From: a virus
Taxonomy: Duplodnaviria > Heunggongvirae > Uroviricota > Caudoviricetes
Length of the DNA stretch: 13,898 bases
Virus record (IMG/VR): IMGVR_UViG_3300025299_000102
Reading direction: 5' to 3' (one strand)
Shown piece by piece: positions 1-7,160 of this stretch. The position numbers were made by a program, and so were the translations under genes. A model generated the notes under the pieces. It did not search any database, had not been told where the DNA came from, and saw only the letters and a list, made by a program, of their open reading frames with translations. Position 1 is the first letter of the stretch. Every line of letters starts with the position of its first letter.

Positions 1-2
1 AG

Positions 3-602
3 CGCTACGCTGAGTTGGAAGCCCAGCTGGCCAAGGTGGCGAGTGAGCGCGATGCGTTGATGTTAAAACTGCAAGCCACTAAAGCTGAGGTATCTGAAGC
101 AGCAGCTGCGAAAGCTGCTGCAGCCGGCGAAACCGCGGCCGATAAGCTGGCCCTGACTGAAGCGCTGCAAGAACGTAATGCACTTCAAGTGGAGCTGGAT
201 ATCGGTAAACAGCACCGCGCTCGGTTTGACGATGTTGTTGCCGGCCAAGCCAAAGAGCTGGCCGCAGCGAAAGAGTCTCTGTCCGAAGTGTTGCAATCTC
301 GCAATGCTTTGCAAGCGGAACTCGACACACAGAAACAGCGCCAAGGCTATTTCGACTCAGTTATCAAAGACCAGGCGAAAGCACTGGAAGAATCGGAAGA
401 AAAATTGGCAACTGCTGTGCAAGAACGCAACACTCTGCAAGCTGAGTTCGACAGCCATAAGCAGCACCACGCCTACTATGAATCGGTGGTGAAAAGTCAG
501 GCTCAAGAAATTGAAGCATTGACCAAAAAACTCGCTGAATTACAAGGCCATGTACCGCAAAATGAGCAGGACTCAACAGTTGACCTTGACAAAACCAAGT
601 AA
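3..602 (+). CDS. Coiled-coil protein, 5'-truncated (possibly KfrA-like or another plasmid coiled-coil protein)
   Basis: The frame is open from the window edge (CGC TAC GCT GAG TTG...), so TTG at 15 is probably internal. A/E/K/Q/L-rich heptad sequence, followed by a terminator. The N-terminal domain is outside the window, so the family cannot be confirmed. Confidence 0.8.
   Translation, partial: RYAELEAQLAKVASERDALMLKLQATKAEVSEAAAAKAAAAGETAADKLALTEALQERNALQVELDIGKQHRARFDDVVAGQAKELAAAKESLSEVLQSRNALQAELDTQKQRQGYFDSVIKDQAKALEESEEKLATAVQERNTLQAEFDSHKQHHAYYESVVKSQAQEIEALTKKLAELQGHVPQNEQDSTVDLDKTK
153..530 (+). repeat. Three imperfect 126-bp (42-aa, six-heptad) in-frame tandem repeats
   Basis: LTEALQERNALQVELDIGKQHRARFDDVVAGQAKELAAAKES / LSEVLQSRNALQAELDTQKQRQGYFDSVIKDQAKALEESEEK / LATAVQERNTLQAEFDSHKQHHAYYESVVKSQAQEIEALTKK. 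Confidence 0.9.
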
Positions 603-621
603 GCACGAGACCTGCCCACAC

Positions 622-650
622 AAGCCCGCTTCATGCGGGCTTTTTTGTTT
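622..650 (+). terminator. Rho-independent terminator
   Basis: AAGCCCGC-TTCAT-GCGGGCTT followed by TTTTGTTT, about 20 nt after the stop at 602. Confidence 0.9.
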
Positions 651-821
651 GCGAATGAACGGACTTCATGATATGCGAAAGAATGAGACCTGTTCCCACG
701 CTATACGTAGTGCAGTCTGGACATAACAAAAAGTTGAATATTTTGAGAGGAACAGATACGAGAAGGTATCTTCACTGTCGAATAATTACTACTATTTAAT
801 AGGGAATGTGCAAAATGAAGC

Positions 822-852
822 TTGACAAAGAATGGATTCATTATAAAATGAA
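822..852 (+). promoter_or_regulatory. sigma70 promoter of the HTH gene with overlapping palindromic operator
   Basis: TTGACA (822-827), 16-nt spacer, TAAAAT (844-849). The inverted repeat TTCATT-ATAA-AATGAA (837-852) covers the -10 box. SD-like AAGGAA precedes ATG 903. Confidence 0.7.
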
Positions 853-902
853 CCCAATTACAACCTATACCAGTTCCACGGAACCTACTAAGGAAATAAA
901 TA

Positions 903-1829
903 ATGAGCCTTTTCGACCGTTACACCACCACTGAGTATGTCGAAGCGCTGCGGGTTTTTCTGGACATCAGCAAGCGTAACTTCTTGCGTGAGTATGGCTT
1001 CGTAGAAGACGCCGATGAACCACGCAAGGGCCGCCTGCCGAAGTACAAAGAAGGCCCAATCACCGCGCTGGAAACCATGGTCAACGACAAAGCCGCCCGG
1101 GCTGAATCGCTTGATACCACCATCGGTGAGCGTTTCCGTATTGCCCGCGATTACATGGGGTTGAACGATGCGCAAGTATCGCGAGACCTCGGTGTAAGCC
1201 GTGAGCTGGTTCGTCGCTGGGGTGCTGATGTTCACCGTCCAAGCAAGATGGCTGAGATTGCTGAGTATCTCAACATCCCGCAGGCCTGGTTGGAAGAAGG
1301 CGGCGAGAATACGCTGCCGGCAAACAGCCATATCGGGGTTCGTGTTGGCGAGCAAGCTAAATTCTGGCGTGAGCAGTTGTTCGGCCTGACTCAAGCAGTC
1401 GTGGCTGAAATGCCAGATGGCGCAAGCGCAGACGAATCGTACATGCAGGCATACATCGAATGGGCGGTATACAACCGCTTTGAGCTGGCACAAGCAGCTC
1501 GCCGAGCAGGTGGTCGTTGGCAAATCGCCAACGGTGGCCTGATGTTTGCACCGTGGATTCCAATCCCTGAGCATGGCTTGTCCAAGCGCTTCTGGTCGGA
1601 CGAAGTTGAGTCCATTGTCCAGGAGGAGCTTCGTACCAAGCCATCGGTTTACGGAGCATGGGAAGCAATCCGTCAACGTTGTGAAGCGATGGGCCTGGGT
1701 GCTGACAAGTACCCTAAGCGTATTTCGCTGCATAAACGCGTCGAAAAAGACCGTCGTCGTGCTGAGCAGTTTGGTGTGGATTTGAATGATGTCATTGCGG
1801 CATCGGTTCAGAAACATTCCGAGCAGTAA
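903..1829 (+). CDS. XRE/Cro-C1-family helix-turn-helix DNA-binding protein with additional putative HTH domains
   Basis: aa 74-131 (IGERFRIARDYMGLNDAQVSRDLGVSRELVRRW...MAEIAEYLNIPQAWLEEG) fit the XRE HTH pattern; RBS and promoter are present. Confidence 0.85.
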   Translation: MSLFDRYTTTEYVEALRVFLDISKRNFLREYGFVEDADEPRKGRLPKYKEGPITALETMVNDKAARAESLDTTIGERFRIARDYMGLNDAQVSRDLGVSRELVRRWGADVHRPSKMAEIAEYLNIPQAWLEEGGENTLPANSHIGVRVGEQAKFWREQLFGLTQAVVAEMPDGASADESYMQAYIEWAVYNRFELAQAARRAGGRWQIANGGLMFAPWIPIPEHGLSKRFWSDEVESIVQEELRTKPSVYGAWEAIRQRCEAMGLGADKYPKRISLHKRVEKDRRRAEQFGVDLNDVIAASVQKHSEQ

Positions 1830-1902
1830 GTCGACAGTTTTTGTCGAAGAGGATGCTTATTTTTCTATACTGATTTCTATCGTATACGAGTTGAAGTAAT
1901 GT

Positions 1903-3594
1903 ATGTCGAATAACTGCATTCTCTCGAGGCGCCCGGTTGATACTGACCGGGCCCTTCTTTTGCAAAAAGCCACACCAGGTCTTACGGACCTCGAAGCTCA
2001 GGTGCTGGCTTCCCGCGGTGCCGAACTGTCCAATCACACGCTGCCCAGTCTTCTAGGTATCTACCTGACAGACATCGAGCGCGGTGCACTTCGCCTCCAA
2101 CAAGCCATTCTCAAACAAGAGCAAATCGTTGTCATTGCCGACTACGATTGCGACGGTGCTACTTCCTGCGCTGTAGCAGTGTCTGGACTGCGGGCTTTGG
2201 GTGGAAATGTGGGCTATGTTGTTCCGGACCGGATGGTTCACGGTTACGGCATCTCTCCTTCGGTAGTCGACCTGGCGCGCGAACGATTCCCAGCCGCCCG
2301 GGTACTGATGACGGTTGACAATGGAATCCTGGGCCACTCCGGCATTACGTATGCTGCACGGCTGGGCCTTGACGTAGTCGTCACCGACCATCACCTTCCA
2401 GGGGAAGATATCCCACTTGACGCAGTCGCAGTAATTGACCCCTCCCGGGACGACGACATCAGTGGGCTGACCAAATTGGCGGGCGTGGGTGTGGCTCTGT
2501 GGCTAGTGGTGGCCACGAAAAAGATGCTTGCGCAAGTCGGACGAGAAACGCCCCAGCTGAACTTCCTGCTGCCCTATGTCGCAATTGGAACGGTGGCCGA
2601 TATGGTGCCGCTGGACGTTATTAACCGCATCCTGGTGTCGGTAGGTCTAGACCGTATGCGGACAGGGCAAACGCCTGTTGGTGTGGAGGCGCTCATCAAA
2701 GAGTCGGGTGCGATTTCTTCTTACCTAACGACACAAGACATCGGCTTTGCCATCGCGCCCCGTATCAACGCAGCTGGGCGCCTGGATACGATGGACGCCG
2801 GCATTGACTTGCTGCTGGCCACGGACCCGAAAGAAGCCCGTCGGCTCGCGCGCCTGCTCACCCAAACGAACGAAGCACGCAAGCAGCTTCAGCGGGAGGC
2901 CACTGACGACGTATCAGCAATGATGGATTTTTCGTTCGACGAGAATATGCGTGCTATTGTCCGTGGCAGCGCAGACTGGCATCCGGGCATTGTAGGCCTG
3001 GTGGCATCTCGCTTGAAGGATAACTTCCACCGACCAAGTTTTGTGTTCTCGCTGACCGACGGCTACGCAAAGGGCTCAGGCCGCTCTATCCCTGGATTCC
3101 ACTTGAAGGATGCACTTGAAGAAGTCGCGCGCCGCTGCCCCGGCGTCTTAGCTAAATTTGGAGGCCACGCAATGGCCGCTGGTGCGACCTTGACGAGTCC
3201 AGAGGCGCTAGCCAAATTTGAGGCGGCCTTCTCGGAGGTCGCGCGGGAACGCATCACCCCAGTTATGCTTGATAGCGTACTTTACAGTGACGGCCCCATG
3301 CCCGCGCTCACTTTACAGCCAGCTGCGAAGCTGATGCGCCATCCATGGGGACAAGGCTTTGAGGCACCAGCGTTTGACGACGATGCCGTCATTGAAACAC
3401 TCAAGCCCCTCGGAAAAGACGGTAAGCACTGGCGCATTGAGGCACGTGTCGGCAGCCGGGCCAAAACCACCGTGGTACTGTTCAATCAGCCGGAACCTGT
3501 GGTTGGCCAGGAAGTCCACCTGTATCTGCAGCCGGGCCTCAACCCATGGAGGGGGCAGACTAACCTCCAGTGGTTAGGTCGCGTCCTCCAGTAG
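1903..3594 (+). CDS. recJ: Single-stranded-DNA-specific 5'-3' exonuclease RecJ (DHH/DHHA1)
   Basis: Ordered RecJ motifs DYDCDG, PDRxxHGYG, TVDNG, TDHH, LAGVGV, GTVAD, PRINAAGR, GSGRS, GGHAMAAG; 563 aa is full length. Confidence 0.96.
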   Translation: MSNNCILSRRPVDTDRALLLQKATPGLTDLEAQVLASRGAELSNHTLPSLLGIYLTDIERGALRLQQAILKQEQIVVIADYDCDGATSCAVAVSGLRALGGNVGYVVPDRMVHGYGISPSVVDLARERFPAARVLMTVDNGILGHSGITYAARLGLDVVVTDHHLPGEDIPLDAVAVIDPSRDDDISGLTKLAGVGVALWLVVATKKMLAQVGRETPQLNFLLPYVAIGTVADMVPLDVINRILVSVGLDRMRTGQTPVGVEALIKESGAISSYLTTQDIGFAIAPRINAAGRLDTMDAGIDLLLATDPKEARRLARLLTQTNEARKQLQREATDDVSAMMDFSFDENMRAIVRGSADWHPGIVGLVASRLKDNFHRPSFVFSLTDGYAKGSGRSIPGFHLKDALEEVARRCPGVLAKFGGHAMAAGATLTSPEALAKFEAAFSEVARERITPVMLDSVLYSDGPMPALTLQPAAKLMRHPWGQGFEAPAFDDDAVIETLKPLGKDGKHWRIEARVGSRAKTTVVLFNQPEPVVGQEVHLYLQPGLNPWRGQTNLQWLGRVLQ

Positions 3595-3610
3595 AACGCC
3601 GGCGCCGGCC

Positions 3611-3644
3611 GAAAAATAGAGCTACCAGAAATGGTAGCTCTATT
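3611..3644 (-). terminator. Terminator between convergent recJ and small-ORF unit (possibly bidirectional)
   Basis: Perfect 13-bp stem AATAGAGCTACCA-GAAA-TGGTAGCTCTATT (3615-3644); the A-tract at 3612-3616 gives a U-tract on the minus strand. Confidence 0.85.
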
Positions 3645-3651
3645 GAGTTTG

Positions 3652-3783
3652 TCATCGTGGATTACGACGGTGACGCAGACACTTCAACAGAACGTGTCCC
3701 AGCGCAAAATAGTTCTTGAAGCCGCGGATGCAGCCAAGCCAAATTGCTTGAGAAAAAGTCATGCTTTCGTAGTCGTGCTTCAT
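3652..3783 (-). CDS. Small 43-aa protein not in the ORF track (MKHDYESMTFSQAIWLGCIRGFKNYFALGHVLLKCLRHRRNPR)
   Basis: Manual translation. Strong SD (GAAAGGAA-ATTACC-ATG); lies downstream of the 121-aa gene, and the terminator stem starts 7 nt after its stop. Confidence 0.65.
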   Translation of the reverse strand: MKHDYESMTFSQAIWLGCIRGFKNYFALGHVLLKCLRHRRNPR

Positions 3784-3836
3784 GGTAATTTCCTTTCGAG
3801 CTTTCGCCCACTCAATATTTGTCCTGTTGGTCCTGG

Positions 3837-4202
3837 TCAGTGGTCAGCACTGTGGTGCTTGCAGTCTTTGTACAACCCATAGACCCAGAAAACCAGTTCC
3901 ACAAATACAGCCAAGTACTTGGCTCCTTTAAACATCAGAACCAGCCACTCGTCGGCGCCGGCCGCATAATCTACGAACAAAGTATGGAACACATACTTGT
4001 CGAAGACCAGGGTTAAGGCCAACATCCCAGCAAACGTCACCGAAGTGACTGCCAGACTGGTCCAATATGACACCATTTTTCTGAACGTAGCCTTAGCCCC
4101 ATTCTTCCAATGATGGTCAGCAGGTTTCGTCAATTTGACGTCGACTGCTTTGGCTGCTTTACGGGCAGCACGGTTACTCTTTGGCAATTTTTTTGTACTC
4201 AT
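3837..4202 (-). CDS. Small membrane protein (two predicted TM segments, basic N-terminus)
   Basis: Strong SD AAAGGAGG-CGAAAA-ATG; hydrophobic stretches YWTSLAVTSVTFAGMLALTLVF and YLAVFVELVFWVYGLY. Confidence 0.8.
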   Translation of the reverse strand: MSTKKLPKSNRAARKAAKAVDVKLTKPADHHWKNGAKATFRKMVSYWTSLAVTSVTFAGMLALTLVFDKYVFHTLFVDYAAGADEWLVLMFKGAKYLAVFVELVFWVYGLYKDCKHHSADH

Positions 4203-4237
4203 TTTTCGCCTCCTTTAGCGGTGTTATATGGTTGACA

Positions 4238-4275
4238 CCAAGAGCAGGCGGAATGCCTGCGTCTTGGCAGGCATT
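4238..4275 (-). promoter_or_regulatory. Two overlapping, mutually exclusive inverted repeats upstream of the 121-aa gene
   Basis: A: CCAAGAGCAGGC (4238-4249) pairs with GCCTGC-G-TCTTGG (4255-4267, one bulge). B: AATGCCTGC (4252-4260) pairs with GCAGGCATT (4267-4275). The function is inferred. Confidence 0.45.
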
Positions 4276-4530
4276 GCAATGTCCTCAACCTGTATAGGCC
4301 GACAACCAAGTAATCCGTCTAGGTACGAAATTTATACGTACCGGGTGATTGGCTTGCCTCCATACAAACGGGCAAGCCAGCTCCACCCAGGGAGGCGTTA
4401 ACCCACCGCTGCGCGAGCAGGCCCAGCGCTTCAAATCGCAGTTGAATTCGCAACCAGGGTTGGTGATATGCCGGCGCATCTTTTCCAACCAACGAGCGCT
4501 TAGCAAGGAGGGGAGAAGCCACACCTGGGA

Positions 4531-4608
4531 GTAGTACTACCGAGATTAGAATGATTACTATGATTAGGGCGTGTATATCCACACGAAATTTGACTTGATT
4601 AGTAGTAG
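4531..4608. other. AT-rich part of putative oriV (unwinding element) with DnaA-box-like site
   Basis: Palindrome GTAGTACTAC (4531-4540). GATTA(G/C) recurs with a 9-bp period at 4544, 4553 and 4562, and again at 4597. ATATCCACA (4575-4583) is one mismatch from TTATCCACA. Adjacent to the iterons. Confidence 0.55.
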
Positions 4609-4626
4609 ATTTTCACGTCGCAACCA

Positions 4627-4714
4627 GCTAAATACTACGGCCGGCCAGCTCCAATACGATGACCGGCAGGTTCCAATACGATAACCGGCAGGCTCCAATA
4701 CGATGGACGGCAAG
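4627..4714 (+). repeat. 22-bp iterons (3 good copies + 1 degenerate), putative Rep binding sites
   Basis: CTCCAATACGATGACCGGCAGG (4649), TTCCAATACGATAACCGGCAGG (4671), CTCCAATACGATGGACGGCAAG (4693), and degenerate GCTAAATACTACGGCCGGCCAG (4627). Head-to-tail with a period of about two helical turns, upstream of rep. Confidence 0.85.
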
Positions 4715-4792
4715 TTGCGCTTCAGGTTGCGGGCTCGGTGTGACTTAGCCGCCAATTGGCGCCGTCGTCGAAGGACTTGCCGTCCATCGTAA

Positions 4793-4842
4793 TTGCGGAT
4801 ATACAGTTTACATGGTATACTAAGCACTTCAAATCTGAAGTG
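4793..4842 (+). promoter_or_regulatory. Promoter of RHH-rep operon with downstream operator-like inverted repeat
   Basis: TTGCGG (4793-4798), 17-nt spacer ending in TGG, TATACT (4816-4821); CACTTC-AAATCT-GAAGTG (4825-4842). Confidence 0.7.
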
Positions 4843-4848
4843 TCCGCC

Positions 4849-5040
4849 ATGAGCAAGAATACAGACCGTCACAAGCCGCACTCGCGTCAATACAATCAAC
4901 GCGTCCCTACCGTGCTAATCGAGGCATTCACGGCCGCCTGTCGTAGTCGGAACCTGAAGCCTGCCATCGTCACGCGAAATCTGATGCAGGGCTTCGTCGA
5001 CCTGGTGGCGGAAGCCGATGCAGGGGTGTCTCAGTCATGA
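4849..5040 (+). CDS. Small ribbon-helix-helix (CopG/Arc-like) repressor, 63 aa
   Basis: QYNQRVP (strand), TVLIEAFTAACRSRN (helix A), PAIVTRNLMQGFV (helix B). ATG 4849 is preferred over the track start 4756 because the promoter lies between them. The stop overlaps the rep start (ATGA). Confidence 0.7.
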   Translation: MSKNTDRHKPHSRQYNQRVPTVLIEAFTAACRSRNLKPAIVTRNLMQGFVDLVAEADAGVSQS

Positions 5041-6098
5041 GCGAGCAATTGGCACTCGACCTGGTCGTCCAATCCCGTGCGGTGGCCCGTGCCGCCCTGA
5101 ATGCATCAGGCCCTCAGCAGGAGATGCTCGACGCTGGCAGCAAGTCTCTAGCCCTGGCTGCCCGCCGCGCCGCGGCGCGTTCCCGGGCGGATGAGCATGC
5201 AATTTTGGAACTTGAGGCTACTGCAACGCCGGCGGCAGTCAATGCCGCCCGCACACGACGTGCGGTGCGCCGCGGTCGGGATGTGTACCTCCCGTGCTGG
5301 TCCGACATTGCCGTCGGCCTGCCAAACGCCTTACTGCGGTCCCAGCTATGGGCGGCCGGGGAGGGCGCGGACACCTGGATGGAAAGCGCGGAAATTGCGA
5401 CGCTGGGCCAGGATACGCGTATTCTCTACTCCGGCCGCCAGCTTACTCAATACGACCGCCGTGTCTTTGCTGCCTGCCTGGATTACTACAAAGAAGGCCG
5501 TCCATTGTCCGACGGCGCCAACTCGGCGTGGGTTTGCGTGTCCTTCTACCAGTTTGCGCAGTCGATGGGCCTGGCTTACACCCTCAACACCCACAAGGCC
5601 ATGCGCGCGAGTCTGATTCGCCTGGAGGCTGCGGCACTCCGCATCGGAACCGGGCATCTGGAGCTGCCGGTGCCACGTCTGCTCGAAGTTGCCTTCGACG
5701 ACGGTTACCACGGCCTGCCGGACAATGAGCTGAAAGGTAGCGACCAGATTGCCTTCCGCGTGCTAGAGCAGTTTGCAGCCCTTTACGGACCTACCACGTG
5801 GACGGCGGTGCCCAAGCCAGCACTTGAGCTCCGCGGCATCCGAGCGTGGCTTGCGGGCTTCTATGCGACCCACAGAGGCCCTCGTGAGCTGCCGTTCAGT
5901 AAGCTGCAAACCTTGAGCGGCATGACCTGTCGGCCAAATGACTTCCGTGCGTGTGTAGTGCGCGCGTTGGACGAACTGTCGCGGCCCGAAACAGACTCGG
6001 AAATTCGAGTGAAGTGTTACCAGGTGAGCGCCGACCGCAAATCGATTTCTGTAATGCTATCGCGCTGGGACCGAGGAACAGCACCTGACCCGCAATAG
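5037..6098 (+). CDS. Plasmid replication initiator, TrfA family
   Basis: YLPCW...GLPNALLRSQLW...ILYSGRQLTQYDRRVF resembles the TrfA-family pattern LPxW...PNxxxRSALF...YxGxxLxQxDxxV; iterons upstream; translationally coupled to the RHH gene. Confidence 0.85.
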   Translation: MSEQLALDLVVQSRAVARAALNASGPQQEMLDAGSKSLALAARRAAARSRADEHAILELEATATPAAVNAARTRRAVRRGRDVYLPCWSDIAVGLPNALLRSQLWAAGEGADTWMESAEIATLGQDTRILYSGRQLTQYDRRVFAACLDYYKEGRPLSDGANSAWVCVSFYQFAQSMGLAYTLNTHKAMRASLIRLEAAALRIGTGHLELPVPRLLEVAFDDGYHGLPDNELKGSDQIAFRVLEQFAALYGPTTWTAVPKPALELRGIRAWLAGFYATHRGPRELPFSKLQTLSGMTCRPNDFRACVVRALDELSRPETDSEIRVKCYQVSADRKSISVMLSRWDRGTAPDPQ

Positions 6099-6164
6099 CC
6101 GGCGCCGGATTGAGGCGGGCCACTGCGCTCGCGCGCTACCTCGCTTCGCTAAATTTTTGATTCT

Positions 6165-6608
6165 GTGATGTCTACCAAGCTCCCATTGACCTTAAAGCTA
6201 TCCGCAGCCGCATTCGCTGCGCTGATGGCGTTCGCCTTGGCGCAATTGGTCACGAACTTTGCGGGCGTACACTGGCTACCCATTTCGGTGATTGCTGCGT
6301 TTTCGGCCTCAGTTGCTATCCAGGTTGCCTTTGAAAAGTTGGAGACAGATTTGTCCCGTCGAATGCGCGTTCCTTCGCCAGTATGGTCCGTTCAGTTGAA
6401 TGGAGTTAACGTCGGCACAGTAACGGATGCCGAGTACGCTGTAATGCAATTCAAAGCTTATGGGAGCTGCCGTAATGTAGTTGGACAAGTAATGAATTTC
6501 GGCTTTCGAAACGTCTACCAGGCTGACATTGGTGGGCGGTTGCGGCAACATTGCAATTGTCCGGCAGATGGGGTGGTAGCATTGGTGACTAGTCGCGCTG
6601 AGGCCTAA
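6165..6608 (+). CDS. Membrane protein, plasmid-type hypothetical (possibly internally deleted)
   Basis: Two N-terminal hydrophobic helices then WSVQLNGVNVGTVTDAEYA; start GTG 6165 or ATG 6168; no clear SD. Confidence 0.55.
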   Translation: MMSTKLPLTLKLSAAAFAALMAFALAQLVTNFAGVHWLPISVIAAFSASVAIQVAFEKLETDLSRRMRVPSPVWSVQLNGVNVGTVTDAEYAVMQFKAYGSCRNVVGQVMNFGFRNVYQADIGGRLRQHCNCPADGVVALVTSRAEA

Positions 6609-6691
6609 GCATACCCTACGATATCTGATAGTGTTTTGTTCACGGTGGCCTATACTCCGGCTGAGGTCAACTACAAGACGAGGAGTATCAA

Positions 6692-7066
6692 ATGCAAGAA
6701 AAATGCGAGCCTAAGAACCGACCAGTAAGCACGGATTTGGGCGTTATCGATATTGAAATTACGTGCGGCAATCAACGAGAAATCTATGACCCTAATGGCC
6801 TAATTTTCGCGATTATTTCGGGCAAGTTGAAGAACTTGCCTCCATTGCAAGGTGTGGTAAGCGATATTTCGGGTGCACCAGCAATCCTGTATCGCTCGAA
6901 TGAAGTTCAACTGGCACTGACGCCGGCTGAGTTCGAACGGCTGACTATGCGTAGCCTTACCGCCCAGGAGTTTTCAGCTCTTCTTGAAAAGTTCGGCAAG
7001 TTCTTTGAAATCCATGAAGATTTCTATGACCTTGAAACAGGCTTAGCCCTGCAACCGAAAAACTGA
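6692..7066 (+). CDS. Hypothetical protein, 124 aa
   Basis: SD GAGGAG; TATACT at 6651-6656; followed by a terminator; protein-like C-terminus FFEIHEDFYDLETGLALQP. Confidence 0.8.
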   Translation: MQEKCEPKNRPVSTDLGVIDIEITCGNQREIYDPNGLIFAIISGKLKNLPPLQGVVSDISGAPAILYRSNEVQLALTPAEFERLTMRSLTAQEFSALLEKFGKFFEIHEDFYDLETGLALQPKN

Positions 7067-7084
7067 GACAGAAATCATTCTCAC

Positions 7085-7120
7085 AAGCCTTCGAGGTACA
7101 AACTTCGAAGGCTTTTTCTT
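7085..7120 (+). terminator. Rho-independent terminator of 6692..7066
   Basis: 10-bp stem AAGCCTTCGA (7085-7094) / TCGAAGGCTT (7105-7114) followed by TTTCTT. Confidence 0.8.
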
Positions 7121-7126
7121 TGGGCG

Positions 7127-7156
7127 AAAGAAAAAGCCCGACGTTGTCGGGCTTTT
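7127..7156 (-). terminator. Bidirectional-type terminator of 7161..7430
   Basis: AAAAGCCCGAC-GTT-GTCGGGCTTTT (7132-7156) with A/T tracts on both sides. Confidence 0.85.
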
Positions 7157-7160
7157 GAGC

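Noticed and set aside
655-726. 23-codon ORF MNGLHDMRKNETCSHAIRSAVWT
   Set aside because: No SD, and it begins right at a terminator; the nearby GAGAGG (745-750) has no downstream start codon.
1584-1751. Calling the HTH gene a transposase or IS remnant
   Set aside because: No DDE domain, terminal inverted repeats or target duplications; only a DNA-binding-domain resemblance.
888-1817. 309-aa antisense ORF opposite the HTH gene (and the other long shadow ORFs in the track)
   Set aside because: It fully overlaps a gene with motif, promoter and SD support, and has no motifs of its own.
4232-4237. Plus-strand TTGACA as promoter of an antisense RNA
   Set aside because: No -10-like hexamer 16-18 nt downstream (GCCTGC).
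4319-4582. 87-aa minus-strand ORF with hydrophobic N-terminus
   Set aside because: The hydrophobic run is the translation of the AT-rich GATTA repeats of the putative origin, and there is no clear SD. Probably spurious, though not excluded.
4627-4714. 22-bp repeats as a CRISPR array
   Set aside because: The copies are contiguous with no spacers, no cas genes are present, and their position next to rep fits iterons.
5115-5126. Internal start giving a short Rep isoform, as for TrfA-33
   Set aside because: GGAG abuts the ATG at 5124 with no spacer, so it is not a credible SD.
3598-6108. GCCGGCGCCGG palindrome just after the stops of recJ (3598) and rep (6098)
   Set aside because: Near-identical GC-only strings also occur inside genes (about 3953 and 12720), so chance in GC-rich DNA is likely.
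6109-6155. CGCTCGCGCGCTACCTCGCTTCGCT tract as a single-strand initiation site
   Set aside because: Reminiscent of plasmid GC-rich tracts, but I could not define a convincing stem-loop or a primase recognition motif.
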